The position numbers and the translations under genes are program-made. The notes below the pieces were generated by a model. The model was not told the DNA's origin, did no database searches, and saw nothing but the letters and a program-made list of their open reading frames with translations. Shown one piece after another: positions 42,240 through 56,411 of a stretch of DNA of 64,000 bases (position 1 is the stretch's first letter; the number at the start of each line of letters is the position of its first letter). The DNA lies in the NCBI GenBank assembly GCA_951406725.2, contig OX597823.1:114886001-114950000 (forward strand), read 5' to 3'. This stretch comes from Octopus vulgaris. Taxonomy: Eukaryota.

Positions 42240-42544
42240 GTTTATTTATGCGCCATTTTCAAGCCTAGCCAGGCTCATGGGCCCGGTTTCCCGGTCTCCG
42301 TGGCGTATGTGTTCCCCCCAGCTGGATGCGACACCAGTCCATCTTCCAAGAAACAGGAAGAAAGAGCGAGAGAAAGTTTGTGCGAAAGACTACAACAGGG
42401 GTCGCCACCTATCCCTGCCGCAGCCTCGTGGGGTTTTAGGTGTTTTCGCTCAATAAACACACACAACGCCCGGTCTGGGAATCGAAACCGCGTTCCTCCG
42501 ACCGCGAGTCCGCTGCCCTAACCACTGGGCCATTGCGCACCCCA
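42240..42544 (-). mobile_element. chimeric SINE: family C head plus tail type 2
   Basis: Head matches 29180-29369, tail matches 38768-38862. TSD cta(c/t)ataaact at 42229-42239 and 42545-42555. Confidence 0.88.
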
Positions 42545-43160
42545 CTATATAAACTCTAGTTTAACCATAATCTAATGCAATCCAAGGAAGTAGAAATACC
42601 AAGACATGAACTGAAATGGATAGGAAAAGCAGAGGGAGAGTCTAACATCATTTCAAGTCAGTGTTGTTAAAACTAATATTATTAGAATGCGCCGCAGGAT
42701 GAAATGATCTTATGTAAATAAAGCCGTGACGTACAACTAATTGCAGTCAACAAGGTTACTAATATATGAAAACATTGGATTAATTTGTATAGTTATGTGA
42801 AAACGGGTAAATGAATAGTAAAAACATTGTTAGTGTATAGGGAATGGATTGAATGTGAAATAAATAGCTAAATTCGTCGGAAGAAAACACAGAAAGAGAA
42901 GATAGAATTAAGCATCGGTCAAAATGCACAGTAATTAATGCAGAGAATTGCTCGGATTTGGTCATTGGTCAGCAGATGTATTTTATTGTTGTTAGGGAGT
43001 TGCTGGTCAATTCCGATGGAGCGGGTTTATGATTAAAGATGAGCCGTGGCCTATATCTATCAAAACATATAATGAACCTACCCTCTCATATCCAATGTCT
43101 TCCTTTGAAAGACAACTCAAGTAATTTAGAATAATTTAATTAGGGAAAGGTGAATTCGAA

Positions 43161-43236
43161 GTCTTACAGCCGTTTCTGGGATAACACAAACGGTACGTTA
43201 GTGTGTCCACGCACTGGGTATGCCGTCATCAGAGAC
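43161..43236 (-). ncRNA. type I hammerhead ribozyme candidate with canonical core
   Basis: Minus strand gtct-CTGATGA-cggcata...tatccca-GAAAC-ggct-GTA-agac. Confidence 0.75.
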
Positions 43237-43844
43237 AAAGCATGAATATTTTAGACAGAGAAAGCTTACAGTTTACAAGGAACAAAATTCATAGTTTATA
43301 AGGAATAAAATAGCAGAATAAAGGAGTAAACAGAAGAAAAAAGAGTAAAAGCAGTTAGAAGACTACAGGCAGGAGAATAATGTTCACAATTCATCTTTTC
43401 CAGAGGATTTGGATGTTGATTGGTACTTCTATGAAGAACCGATATTGATGGCATACACCATACCCGCAACTCTAGCACTACAACCAGAATTAACCAAGAT
43501 ACAAACATCTCGAAATGAAGACCGAAATGTAACTGAGGCGAATGTTGATATTAATAGCACCAGCACTAATACTAATATTAATAACTCTTAGACGATTACT
43601 ACCACTACTACTAATACTACTAATATTATTAACATTAATAATTATAATAATACCATCAGTACTACTACTAATAATAATAGTAATAATGATAATAATAATA
43701 CAAACCAATCCTCAAACATTTGATTTTAACTTCTTCATTAATAATACTACATCTTGCCTTTCCACTAACAACACTCGTAGAACTGATAGCTGCAACTGCC
43801 GATCCACGCAGAAATGCCCATTGCGAACCCACTTTAGTAGGTTT

Positions 43845-44218
43845 GGACTGGAAGCACTCCGTCGGTTACGACGATGAGGGTTCCGGTTGATCCGATCAAC
43901 GGAACAGCCTGCTCGTGAAATTAACGTGTAAGTGGCTGAGCACTCCAAAGACACGTGTACCCTTAACGTAGTTCTCGGGAATATTCAGCGTGACACAGAG
44001 AGTGACAAGGCCGGCCCTTTGAAATACAGGTACAACAGAAACAGGAAGTAAGAGTGAGAGAAAGTTGTGGTGAAAGAGTACAACAGGGCTCGCCACCACC
44101 CCCTGCCGGAGCCTCGTGGAGCTTTAGGTGTTTTCGCTCAATAAACACTCACAACGCCCGGTCTGGGAATCGAAACCGCGAGTCCGCTGCCCTAACCACT
44201 TGGCCATTGCGCCTCCAC
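43845..44218 (-). mobile_element. SINE family C, tail type 1, inserted in the PLE ORF
   Basis: Near-identical to 28980-29370 apart from a head deletion; TSD tagtaggttt at 43835-43844 and 44221-44230. Confidence 0.92.
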
Positions 44219-44573
44219 TGTAGTAGGTTTAACGAAGTATACAAATGCATGGTCCACAACATATTGCATAATTCTACTAACTGCTACATCGAGCGTACTA
44301 TTAATTTTAAACAGATATTAGGTGTATATAAACTCAATTAAGTATGAAGAGCATAGCAAAGCTATCTCCCTAGCCAACTATATATACCATCTAATAAATA
44401 GAAAGGTACCATATAGGATATCATGGGCCATAATAGATTCCAGGGTCCATTACCAAGGCCAATGATCCACTTGTGAACTATGCCTCAAAGAAGCCTCCCT
44501 AATATTAATGGATAATTCATCGCAATTATTAAAATAAACAACACGGAGCTTTTTCTACATGTTGTCATAAGTT

Positions 44574-44962
44574 CTTATTTCTTTATTGTCCACAAGGAGC
44601 TAAACATAGAGGGGACAAACAAGGACAGACAAAGAGATTAAGTACTTAATTTATCGACCCCGAGAGGATGAAAGGCAAAGTCGACCTCGGCGGAATTTGA
44701 ACTCAGAACCTAGCGGCAGACGAAATACCTATTTCTTTACCACCCACAAGGGGCTAAACACAGAGAGGACAAACAAGGACAGACAAACGGATAAAGTCGA
44801 TTATATCGACCCCTATGCGTAACTGGTACTTATTTAATCGACCCCGAAAGGATGAAAGGCAAAGTCGACCTCGGTGGAATTTGAACTCAGAACCTAGCGG
44901 CAGACGAAATACCGTTAAGCATTTCGACCGGCGTGCTAACGATTCTGCCAGCTCACCGCCTT
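44574..44962 (-). mobile_element. SINE family B dimer inserted in the PLE ORF
   Basis: TSD atgttgtca(t/g)aagtt at 44559-44573 and 44963-44977. Confidence 0.92.
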
Positions 44963-45068
44963 ATGTTGTCAGAAGTTTTATCACATTTTAAAATTATTCT
45001 ATAGGTTCAAATGCAAACAAAATCAACATGCATAACACATCCATCCATGGTCGTTACAACATATATAT

Positions 45069-45120
<52 letters not shown>

Positions 45121-45148
45121 CACACATATATATATGTGTGTGTATGTG

Positions 45149-45187
<39 letters not shown>

Positions 45188-45690
45188 GTGCACTTATGTG
45201 TGTGTGTGTATGTGTATGTATATGTGTGTGTGTGCGTGTACACTTTCTTCCTCTACCTCTCTACCTCTCTATCAACATAAACATCTTAGAAGCCAGCGAG
45301 TTTCAATTCAGTGATTCTTAGTTTTCGCAGTTTTTATGTTTTATTTTTCTTGGCTTGTAATTTTAGATTTTAATTTTTAATTTTTAATTTTAATTTTATG
45401 TTTTAACTTTAATTCTGAATCCTTTATCTCGTATCATTTAATTGCTATTAAGCTTGAAATATATTTTTAAAGATCCATTCTAACCATTATACTATTGTTC
45501 TTTGAAACCTTGCCTAGATTGGCCTTTCACATCCATTTTACTGAAACTTTAGCTTTTGACCTCTCACCTACCCACTCCCGATGCAATATTGACATATCTC
45601 TATAATTACCTTTACAATTATTTTTATCTTTATTTTTATTCTTATTTTACCCTTTTACCCCTGTCTTAATTTTAATTTCACTCCTTTATC

Positions 45691-45721
<31 letters not shown>

Positions 45722-46138
45722 GCACAAAACTCATTTGTGATATCTCTATCAATGCACCTTTATTTTTTATTCTTATTTTTACCCCTTTACCCCCATCTCT
45801 CTATTTCTACTCTCTCCCCTACATACACCCACTCCCAAGACCCGTTTACTTTCTCGGTCTATATACACATTTACAATTATGAATACACCATTCAAAATAT
45901 CGCCTGGACTTACCTAGGATTTTAACTAAAGACCTGTACCTTCATGGAAGTACCGACCAACATCCATATCCTCTGGAAAAAGATGAATTGTGAACATTAT
46001 TCTCCTGCCTGTAGTCTTCTAACTGCCTTTGCTTTTATTCTTCTATTTACTCCTTTATTCTTCTATTTTATTCCTTATAAACTGTGAATACATTCCTTGT
46101 AAACTGTAAATTTTCCCTGTCTAAAATATTCTTGTTTT

Positions 46139-46214
46139 GTCTCTGACGACGGCACACCCAGTGCGTGGATATATTAACCTACCACTTGGATCATCCCAGA
46201 AACGGCTGTAAGAC
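46139..46214 (+). ncRNA. type I hammerhead ribozyme candidate in the PLE 3' pLTR
   Basis: gtct-CTGACGA-cggcacac...atccca-GAAAC-ggct-GTA-agac. Confidence 0.72.
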
Positions 46215-46291
46215 TGCAAAGTCATCTTACTCTAGCTAAATTATCCTAAATGACTTGAGATACTCGTTCTGCCTTGGTTTTGATTTTTTCC

Positions 46292-46394
<103 letters not shown>

Positions 46395-46460
46395 TAGATA
46401 GATAGATAGATAGATGCACACGCGCGCACATTCACACATATATATATTTATATATATTTT

Positions 46461-46800
46461 TTAAATCTCAGGGAATAATAACTATTCCAGGTTATCAGGA
46501 CATTTACTATTTTACACTTTACGAAAGTAAACAGTTTCATTTAAAATATTAATAATTTGGGGTTTTACCAATAGAACCGTAACTCTAGCGTTGATTAGAA
46601 ATACCTTCTTCCCGCACAGACTAATAACAGGTAAGTTATATATATTTCTTCAAATAACTTTATTGTATTTTATAGTAGGTTTTCTAAATGCTTATATTAT
46701 TTTATTGGATATAACTTTCTATGTATATTCCATAAAATAAGGTTTTCCTGAAATAGGAGTTGTGTTTCTATTGGTAAAATCCCAAATTTGTTATAATATT
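46461..46800. repeat. (TA)n-flanked AT-rich insert with internal inverted repeat
   Basis: aatttggggttttaccaatagaaccgtaactc (46554-46585) versus gagttgtgtttctattggtaaaatcccaaatt (~46757-46787). Confidence 0.6.
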
Positions 46801-46842
46801 ATATATATATATATATATAAATTTGTAATAATATTATATATA

Positions 46843-46995
46843 GGCGCAGGAGTGGCTGTGTGGTAAGTAGCTTGCTTACCAACCACATGGTTTTGGGTTC
46901 AGTCCCACTGCGTGGCACCTTGGGCAAGTGTCTTCTACTGTAGTCTCTGTGAGTGGATTTGGTAGACGGAAACTGAAAGAAGCCCGTCGTATATA

Positions 46996-47030
<35 letters not shown>
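46843..47030 (+). mobile_element. SINE family A 5' half, ending in the internal microsatellite
   Basis: ggcgcaggagtggctgtgtggtaagtagc...gaaagaagcccgtcg. Confidence 0.88.
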
Positions 47031-47032
<2 letters not shown>

Positions 47033-47430
47033 ATTGCAACGTCCCTATCGTTTCCTCTGCTTTTCATCTCTTCGTTTTCCTTTCAAATATATTCCTTCCT
47101 TTTCCCCACCTCTCCTTCTTCGCGCCTTTTTTGCACCTGTTTTCCCAATTCTTTCTCCTGCTGAACTCGTTTTTGCATCCTTTCCTTCCTCCTTATTTCG
47201 ACTTGGTTTCTCATTTTTTACCTCTCACCTGTTTTGTTTTATTTTTTTCCAGTGACTATTTTTCTTCCGTATTCCACTTATCCTTCCCTCTTTCCTTCTG
47301 ACGAAGAACGAACATCTGAAATGTTTAAGGTATTTGCTGTCTCTTTAAGACTTAAATTAACACCAGGTTTGTTAAGATTTGTTTCTTCTGGGCCGTCGCT
47401 TTTATTGTTTATTGTATTTACACTATATTT
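47031..47430 (+). mobile_element. (TG)n-flanked pyrimidine-rich cassette with decayed minimal hammerhead at 47294-47330
   Basis: cctt-CTGACGA-aga-acgaaca-tct-GAAAT-GTT-taagg; same layout as H1/H2. Confidence 0.5.
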
Positions 47431-47607
47431 GTGTGTGTGAGTGTGTGTATGTGTGTGTATAGAATATAGTATGTTTGTATGCATGTTTTCTCTGTGTTTA
47501 TGTATCTGTGTGTATGAATATATATACTTACGTACATATATATCCATATATATACACATACATATATGAATATATATATATAAATATATATTTGTGTATA
47601 TATATAT

Positions 47608-47786
47608 ACTCTCTTTTACTCTTTTACTTGTTTCAGTCATTTGACTGCGGCCATGCTGGAGCACCGCTTTTAGTCGAGCAAATCGACCCCGGGACTTATT
47701 CTTTGTAAGCCCAGTACTTATTATATCGGTCTCTTTTGCCGAACCGCTAAGTGACGGGGACGTAAACACACCAGCATCGGTTGTCA
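47608..47786 (-). mobile_element. SINE family A 3' half
   Basis: Near-identical to 18145-18323. Confidence 0.9.
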
Positions 47787-47787
47787 T

Positions 47788-47887
<100 letters not shown>

Positions 47888-47895
47888 CAGGCAGA

Positions 47896-48055
47896 TCTGA
47901 GTTCAAATTCCGCCTAGGTCGACTTTGCCTTTTATCCTTTCGGGGTCGATAAATTAAGTACACGTTACGCACTGGAGTCGATCTAATCGAATTAATCCGT
48001 TTGTCTGTCCTTGTTTGTCCCCTCTATGTTTAGCCCCTTGTGGGTAATAAAAAAA
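47896..48055 (+). mobile_element. SINE family B, 5'-truncated unit
   Basis: tctgagttcaaattcc...gtcgactttgcc...tagccccttgtgggtaataaa. Confidence 0.88.
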
Positions 48056-49177
48056 CAGGAAACTCGTTTATTTCTGCACCAAATGAAGAAAAGAGTACTT
48101 GCAGAAAGATGCTCACCTATGCAGTTTGTTCGTGTGCGTGGGAGTGTGTGAAAAAGCGTGTGCATGTGTGTGACTCTGTGTGTGTGTGTGTGCGTGTGTG
48201 TGTGTGTGTGCACGTGTTGGTGAAGTTCTGCAGAAGGCGATATTTTTCTCTCAGTTGCTGAAAACCCAACTACAAATGAATATGTTGTAAGACATTTGTT
48301 CGTATGTATACAAGAAACTCTTTCTCACATTTGTTTACCAACGTCCTTGTAAAAACGGGAATATATTAGAATGACCTTTGTCGAGGATTATTATCCACCG
48401 AACAACAATATGTCGGATTATTCATCATCAGAATAGAAATTAAATGATATACGCAAACAAACAGAACATTATTGCTACGATACTTGCGGTTATGGCAAAA
48501 CATAGTATTAATGAAATCAAGCAAACTATACTGACATCATTATTAAGTACAGAAGAAGTACAAGACGAAGGGAAGAGAAAAAAATCCCTTTATATTCTCA
48601 TAAATATATCGATCACATCTAACCGAAATTGTGCACGTAAGCAGGCAGAAACGCAGAAAAAATGGTAGTGAATGCAACAAGGTTGATGGAATTGAAAACA
48701 GGAAGATGCGAGGAATAAAAATGAGCAAGAGATAGCAGCAATAATAATTAACACAGTAGAAATGAAAAGAAGCAAACAAGAGGAAGAAGATGCAAAAGAA
48801 TCGTGCTAGGGTTCAGAACGTTGAACATGTTTAAAAATAATAATGAATAAATAGAAGAATGAGGAAAACTAGGAGAGCAATGAAGACTTGAGGGCGGTGG
48901 AGGAGAGAGAGAGGGGAGATAGAGGGGAGAGTGAGTGAGGGATAGTGAGAGAGAGAGAAAGAGAGAGTTTGTTCTAGAAGCTGAACAACAAACAGGGTAG
49001 GAATTAATATCAATAAGCAAAACAAGAATTAAGAGCATAAACCAGGAATAAAAACAAAAAAAAAAAAACAAGAACAACTGAATATTCAGCAGATTAAACA
49101 AGAGCAGAAAGACGAAAAAAACAAAATTAAGGAAAAAAAACATGGCCGCACACACCTGAGAAAGATGGGAGCTGGAA

Positions 49178-49178
49178 T

Positions 49179-49246
<68 letters not shown>

Positions 49247-49315
49247 GATAATGATAATAATAATAACAATAACAATAATAATAATAATAATAATAATAGT
49301 AATAGCAATAACAAA

Positions 49316-49404
<89 letters not shown>

Positions 49405-49482
49405 TTATGATAATGATAATAATAATAATAATAACAATAACAATAATAATAATAATAATAAGAAGAAGAAGAAGAAGAAGAA

Positions 49483-49513
<31 letters not shown>
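49178..49513. repeat. (AAT)n microsatellite with a (GAA)n block
   Basis: Direct inspection. Confidence 0.95.
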
Positions 49514-49514
<1 letters not shown>

Positions 49515-49956
49515 GAATCTTGTATAGAACTGTTGAAAACATGAAGATAATGATAATGGTGATAATGATAAGAAAATTTAGAGAGAAATGGAAAAGAGGT
49601 GGGGGTGAATTTTGTTTTTCTTTTTTTAAATGTCATGCTAAATACAAATAAATCCTTAGGCTTGTAGAGCTAATTAAATGTCTTAATGAAAGGAAGTGAA
49701 AAACAACGTCATTAACACCGACGGCAACAGTAATAACGATAACAATCTATGTGAGTTGGGTTGGTATAGATTGCCTAAAAATTGCCGAATGGGGAGCTGT
49801 AAGCCAATACAGATATCGCGAATATCAACAATAAGACCAACAACGGAGACAAGAGAAATACAGCAAGAGTAACTGTGATAACAACAACAACAACAACAAC
49901 CACACCAACAGCAAGGGTGACGAGAAATATGCCAACGATGATATCATCGTCAACAA

Positions 49957-50379
49957 CAAGGCGGCGAGCTGGCAGCAGCGTTAGCGCGCCGGGCGAAGTA
50001 CTTTGCGGTATTTCGTCTGCCGCTACGTTCTGAGTTCAAATTCCGCCGAGGTCGACTTCGTCTTTGATCCTTTCGGGGTCGATAAATTAAGTACCAGTTA
50101 CGCACTGGGGTCGATGTAATCGACTTAATACCTATGTCTGTCCTTGTTTGTCCCCTCTGTGTTTAGCCCCTTGTGGGTAATAAAGAAATAGAAATAGGTA
50201 TTTCTACTACCGCTACGTTCTGAGTTCAAATTCCGCAAAGGTCGACTATGTCTTTCATCCTTTCGGGGTCGATAAATTAAGTACCAGTTACGCACTGGGG
50301 TCGATGTAATCGAATTAATCCGTCTGTCTGTCCTTGTTTGTCCCCTCTGTGTCTAACCCCTTGTGGGTAGTAAAGAAAC
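49957..50379 (+). mobile_element. SINE family B dimer
   Basis: TSD atatcatc(g/a)tcaacaa at 49941-49956 and 50380-50395. Confidence 0.92.
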
Positions 50380-50433
50380 ATATCATCATCAACAAAACAG
50401 CAATAACCACCATTACTAGAAGAGCAATTTCAA

Positions 50434-50818
50434 GTGGAGGCGCAATGGCCCAGTGGCCCAGTGGTTAGGGCAGCGGACTCGCGGTCGAAGGATCGCGGTT
50501 TCGATTCCCAGACCGGGCGATGTGTGTGTTTATTGAGCGAAAACACTTAAAGCTCCACGAGGCTCCGGCAGGGGTGGTGGAGACCCCTGTTGTACTCTTT
50601 CGCTCCAACTTTCTCTCACTCTTTCTTCCTGTTTCTTGTCCCCGACTTCCTACGCAACCTGGATGCGCATTCATCCATCCGTCCATGCTCTCGGTGTCGG
50701 GGGTTGACCTGCTTTCTCTTCTGCGGGTCTTACGAATAGCAAAGGACCACGTTTCGGACTTCTCCCACTACAGAGGCGCGATCTTGCGAGTTCTGACGCG
50801 AAGACCACTTCGCTAAAC
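50434..50818 (+). mobile_element. SINE family C head with a third, unrelated 3' segment
   Basis: Head to ...cttcctgtttct (50636) matches family C. 50637-50818 has no match to tails 1 or 2. No clear TSD. Confidence 0.75.
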
Positions 50819-50821
50819 AAG

Positions 50822-51260
50822 CAGAACAACATCAATGGCCTCTGCCGAGTTTCTTAAACTACTAAAAACAACAGCCAATGATTCCTCGTATCACACTGTT
50901 GTCTTTGAAAAAACAGAAGAAACATTTGAAAACGTAGTTCTGGATCCAGTCAAAGATTTGTGCCACTATTACTACTGTGACTACCACCACCACCGCTACC
51001 ACAAACACCGCCACCGCCCTTATCTTAACTATTATTCTTCCCGTTGACTCTTATCAACGCTTCGGCCACCTAGGGTAAAGGGAAATATACCAACGATCAC
51101 ATCATCATCATCAACAACAAAACCAACGATACGAAAGAACAGTAACACCCGTTACTGCGTGGCACCTTGGGCAAGTGTCTTCTACTAAAGCCTCGGCCCG
51201 ACCAAAGCCTTGTGAGTGGATTTGGTAGACGGAAACTGAAAGAATCCCGTCGTATATATG

Positions 51261-51308
<48 letters not shown>

Positions 51309-51792
51309 TCCCCCCAACATCGCTTGACAATCGATGCTGGTGTGTTTGCGTCCCCGTAACTTAGCAGTTCGGCCAAATAGACCGATAGAATAAGTACTGG
51401 GCTTACAGTATAAGTCCTGGGGTCGATTTGCTCGACTAAAAGTGGTGCTCCAGCATGGCCGCAGTCAAATGACTGAAACAAGTAATTGAGTAAAAGAGTG
51501 AAGAAGAGCAACATCAATGGCCAAATGAGGGATGCCTCTGCCAGGATTTATTAAACTACTAGAAATAGCAACCAAAGATTCCTCGTATTACACTATGGTC
51601 TTTTGAAAAAGGAAGAAAAGTTTGATAACGTGGTTCTGAATTCAGAATAAAACTTGTAGCACCATTACTACTGCGACTACCATTACCACCACTCTTACTA
51701 CTGTTGCCATCACCACAACTGCTACAATTACCGCCACCACCCTTATTTTAACTATTATTCTTACCGTTAACTCTTATCAACGCCTCGACCAC
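50822..51792 (+). repeat. old ~250-290-bp direct duplication (50822-51070 and 51503-51792) separated by a SINE A
   Basis: Shared caacatcaatggcc ... gattcctcgtat ... taactattattctt.ccgtt.actcttatcaacgc. Confidence 0.85.
51154..51500 (+). mobile_element. SINE family A, 5'-truncated
   Basis: actgcgtggcaccttgggcaagtgtc ... gactgaaacaagtaa. Confidence 0.9.
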
Positions 51793-51832
51793 CACAACCG
51801 CCTCTATCACCAACATTAACAAAACAATCCGA

Positions 51833-52593
51833 TGGTGGCGAGCTGGCAGAAACGTTAGCACACCGGGCGAAATGCGTAGCCGTATTTCGTTTGCCGTTAC
51901 GTTCTGAGTTCAAATTCCGCCGAGGTCGACTTTGCCTTTCATCCTTTTGGAGTCGATAAATCATGTACCAGTTACGCACTGGGGTCGATATAATCAACTT
52001 AATCCGTTTGTCTGTCCTTGTTTGTCCCCTCTGTGTTTAGCCCCTTGTGGGTAGTAAAGAAATAGATATTTCTTCTGCTGCTACATTCTGAGTTCAAATT
52101 CCGCCGAGGTCGACTTCGCCTTTCATCCTTTCGGGGTCGATTAAATAAATACCAGTTACGCACTGGAGTCGATATAATCGACTTAATACCTATGTCTGTC
52201 CTTGTTTGTCCTCTCTGTGTTTAGCTCTTTGTGGGTAGTATGTTCAAATTCCGCTGAGGTCGACTTTGCCTTTCATCCTAAATTAAGTAGCAGTTACGCA
52301 CTGGGGTCGATGTAATCGACTTAATCCGTCTGTCTGCCCTTGTTTGTCCCCTCTATGTTTAGCCTCTTGTGGGCAATAAAGAAATAGAAATCGTTAGCAC
52401 GCTGGGCGAAATGCTCAGCGGTATTTTGCTAATCGCTACGTTCTGAGTTCAAATTCCGCTGAGGTCGATTTTGCCTTTCATCCTTTCGAGGTCGATAAAT
52501 TAAGTGCCAGTGAAACACGGGGGGGGGGGGGTCGATGTAATCGACAATACCCCCTCCCCACAAAACCCAAGACTTGTGCCTATAGTAGAAAGG
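51833..52593 (+). mobile_element. SINE family B tetramer
   Basis: Four copies of the central block; perfect 18-bp TSD attaacaaaacaatccga at 51815-51832 and 52594-52611. Confidence 0.93.
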
Positions 52594-53691
52594 ATTAACA
52601 AAACAATCCGACCGGGAGGAGTTTTTGTGTGGTCCCTCGGCCTGCTAGAAAGAACAGTTAAATTTCCCCGAAATCTCGATGTTCGTTGAATAATACATCC
52701 TCGGGAAAATCGAACCTGAAAGAGGACTAATAGAGGACTGATAGAGGACTGATAGAGCGCAGCTACTGAAAATATAAGGAAACGTGTTTGCAAAAATAAC
52801 TCGGTGCGTATTTGCAGAATCAACATCTCTGATGAAAAAAACCTGTTCCCACTTGAAGACAGCGAGAGAGTAAGTGAGAGGGATATAGAGAGAGGAGGAG
52901 GAGGAGAGAAAGTGATAGAATGAGATAGAGAAGAGAGACGGAGAGAGGTAGAGACAGAGAGAGTGGTAAAATAAGATAGTGGAGGGAAGAGGGATGAACA
53001 GAAAATAAACATAAGATAAAATGGATAAGTCAGCGTTTCAATTTGTTACTAGACCATGGCTGACTTAAACAGTTAGTTTCCTGCCATCTACTTCCACGAG
53101 ATCAAATTACGCTAATGTATTCAGTGAAGGACCTGCTGATATTGTTGTCATCCTCGTTGTTGTAGCTATTGTTGTCGACCATATTTTTGTAGATGATTTT
53201 ATTTATTTTTATAAGGCTTTGTTTTTCGTTATGTTTTCTGTTGCGTTTTTTTCCTCTCCTCTATTACTGTTCAACAAGATATTTATGCTAGCAAAACATT
53301 AAAAAAATGTATAAGACTTGGGGGCTTGGCGCTTCTATTATATTTGGTTAGGGGAATAAACATAGTCAGCAGAGACGAAAAGTCAGCCAGAGATAATGTT
53401 TCATCCGCACAAAAATGCAAACATATACGCATTAACTTGCACTCATTGACTTCTCACAATAATCACTCATAACCCCCCCTCTCTCTCTCTCTCTCTCTCT
53501 TTCTCTCTTGCACGTGCACACACACATACATACACAAACGCACGTGCACAAAACCGCAAACATACACAAACCTGTCGGTGTAATTATACACAGCACACTA
53601 AAAAAACATCCATACAACCATATAACCAGTACGATACCAATGCGAAGATAAAACGCAAAGACGGGGATATACAATATACGTACACTCATAT

Positions 53692-53725
<34 letters not shown>

Positions 53726-53726
53726 T

Positions 53727-53922
53727 CACGGTGCAAAATTACACAAAAAGAAACAAAAGACGAAGAACAGAGACAGGTGAAGAAACAACAGACAAGGTGT
53801 ATTAGACGTCCAGGTAAATTGGAGAAGTCTTTGATGTTTCAAGTCTACGCTCTTCAGCAGAAAGGAATGAGAGGAGAAAACAGATGGACAGAGAGAGAAA
53901 ATGGAAAGGAAAAAAACAATCA
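53727..53922 (-). mobile_element. microsatellite-flanked H2 cassette with hammerhead-like motif at 53829-53864
   Basis: Minus strand cttt-CTGCTGA-a-gagc-gtag-actt-GAAAC-ATC-aaag; homologous to 25695-25902. Confidence 0.62.
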
Positions 53923-54128
53923 TTCTTTCGTTCTCTCTCTCTATCTCTCTCTTTTTCTCTTTCCCCTCTCTGCCCCCTCCCTCTCTCTCTCTCTCTCTCT
54001 TGATATATTTATATAGACCGACATCTGTGAGTTACGAGATATACACCTTAAACAAAGGCTATATTACATACCGCAGAAGATAAATATTTGATTTACTAAA
54101 ATTACTGCTTCTTCCAGAGAGGACATAG

Positions 54129-54694
54129 TAGAGTTGACCAACCTGAGGCGCGCGGGCCGCATGCGACCCGCTGGGTTTTTATCTTGCGGTCCGCTTGATA
54201 CTTTCTTGAAATGGGTTTATTTAAACAAACATTTTGAAAATTTTGTCAAAAATTCAAAATTGTAATGAAAAGTAAAAAAAGAAAGGTACTACTGTTTTTG
54301 CAACGATAGTGTTTCATGTTAAGGCGGTGTGCTGGCACCCCGGGCGTTAGCACCCCGGGCGAAATGCTTAGCGGTATTTCGTCTGTCTTTACGTTCTGAG
54401 TTCAAATTCCGTCGAGGTCGACTTTGCCTTTCATCTTTTCGGGGTCGATAAATTAAGTACCAGTTGCGTGCTGGGGGCGATCTAATAGACTGGCTCCGTC
54501 CTAAAAAATTTCGGGCCTTATGCCTAGAGTAGAAAAGAATAATATTTCCTGTTGAGTCAACTATCATTCATTCGTTATTATAATAATAACAGGAGAAAGC
54601 AAAATGCTTTCAATTATCTCAGGATACAAGCGGCCTTCAAAAACCCTTCTGCGATTAAAATGGCCCGCAATGTAATTCGAGTTGGCCAGGCCTG
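54129..54694 (+). mobile_element. non-autonomous hAT (Charlie-like) element with a nested SINE B monomer (54322-54543)
   Basis: Left end gagttgaccaacctgaggcgcgcgggccgcatgcgacccg and right end tggcccgc...gagttggccaggcctg match typical Charlie-type termini (from memory). TSD not evident. Confidence 0.65.
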
Positions 54695-55086
54695 GGTTAG
54701 AGCAATCGCTTTGTAACAAATTATACCAACTCTAAATAAATATACGAGATCACCTCAAGAGTCGAGAATTTCTCCAAAATTGATACGCTATCAAACTAAA
54801 AGACAATCCGATTGTCTAGAGACACCATGACAACTGTGGACGCAATTTTCATTTGCTACCTTATCACCAGCAGAGGGGACACTTATACGTACACGAAAAT
54901 AGAGTAGATCACAATATTTGTATTTTTGACAGCACACGCATAGTTGTGTGGTTCAAAAAGCTCGCTTTGAACATGGTTTCAGGCTCAGTCCCACTACACG
55001 GTATCATCAGCAAGTATCTCCTGCCGTGGCTCTGCAGTTGAATAATGCCTTGCAAGTGAAGCTATAGATGGAAACTGTGTAAGCCA

Positions 55087-55245
55087 GGCGTGGCTGTGTG
55101 GTAAGAGGCGTGCTTCCCAGCCACACGGTTCCGGGTTCAGTCCCTCTGCATGTCACCTTGGGCAAATGTCTTCTACTATACCCTTGGGCCGACCAAAGCC
55201 TTGTGAGTGGATTCGGTAGACGGAAACTGAAAGAAGCCCGTCGTA

Positions 55246-55300
<55 letters not shown>

Positions 55301-55343
55301 GTATGTATATGTATGTATGTATATGTATATATGTATGTATATG

Positions 55344-55377
<34 letters not shown>

Positions 55378-55656
55378 TGCATGCATGTATGTAGGTAGGT
55401 ATTTAGGTATGTATGTACGTATGTATGTACGTATGTATGTACGTATGTATGCGTTTGTGTGTCTGTATTTGTCCCCCTCCATCGCTTGACGACCGATGTT
55501 GGTATGTTTACGTCCCCGTAACTTAACGGTTCGGCAAGAGAGACCGATAGAATAAGTACTACGCTTGCAAAGATTAGGTCCTGAAGTTGATTTGTTCCAC
55601 TAGAGGCGGTGCCCCAGCATGGCCGCAGTCAAATGGCTGAAACAAATAAAAGAAAG
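55087..55656 (+). mobile_element. SINE family A with expanded internal microsatellite; degenerate head at 54935-55085 and degenerate 3' half at 55820-56020
   Basis: Colinear with other copies. Confidence 0.88.
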
Positions 55657-56350
55657 ACTATATATATATATATTATACATATATGCACACACACACACAC
55701 ACGCATACATGCATATATATATATACATCTATGTATGTGCATATGAATGTATGCATACATACATGTATGTATATATGTGTATTATATACAAGTGTATGTA
55801 TATGTCGTAGGTCGTAGTATTTATACCCCGCCATCACAGGACAAGTGTAGTTGGTTTGTTTACGATTCGGTGACCTAGAGGTGCTGCAAAAGAGAACGAT
55901 ACAATAATTCCAGACTTAATAAAAGATAAGTATTTGTGGGGTCAGGGGCAGATTTTTTCGGCAACACCCTTCAAGGCGTTGCGCAGCATATCCGCGGTCC
56001 AAGGACGGAAATAGGTAAACACACACACACAGACACAAATGCATACGTCTGCATCAATGTGTGTGTGTGTGTGTGTGTGAGCGTGTGTGTGCGCATGTAG
56101 GAGGAGAGAGAGAGAAGAATTCGAGAATTAAGAAAGGTTTATAGAACTGGATAAACCAAGAGGAACAGAAGCAAGAGGGAGAAAACCTATTCAAGAACAG
56201 AACCTGCCTCGACTCCGATGTCAGCACCTCCTTGAAAAACTACCCCACACACGCGTACATATACACAGACACCCACATAGATACACACATAGACACATAC
56301 AACTGCCTGTGCGTTTGAATATGCATACGCTCATAGTTATATGTATGTGT

Positions 56351-56411
<61 letters not shown>

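Noticed and set aside
51833-52593. Regularly spaced repeats resembling a CRISPR array
   Set aside because: The intervening sequences are also repeated (tandem SINE units), the context is eukaryotic and there are no cas genes.
52718-52756. 11-bp triple repeat agaggactgat
   Set aside because: Ordinary short slippage repeat with no further structure.
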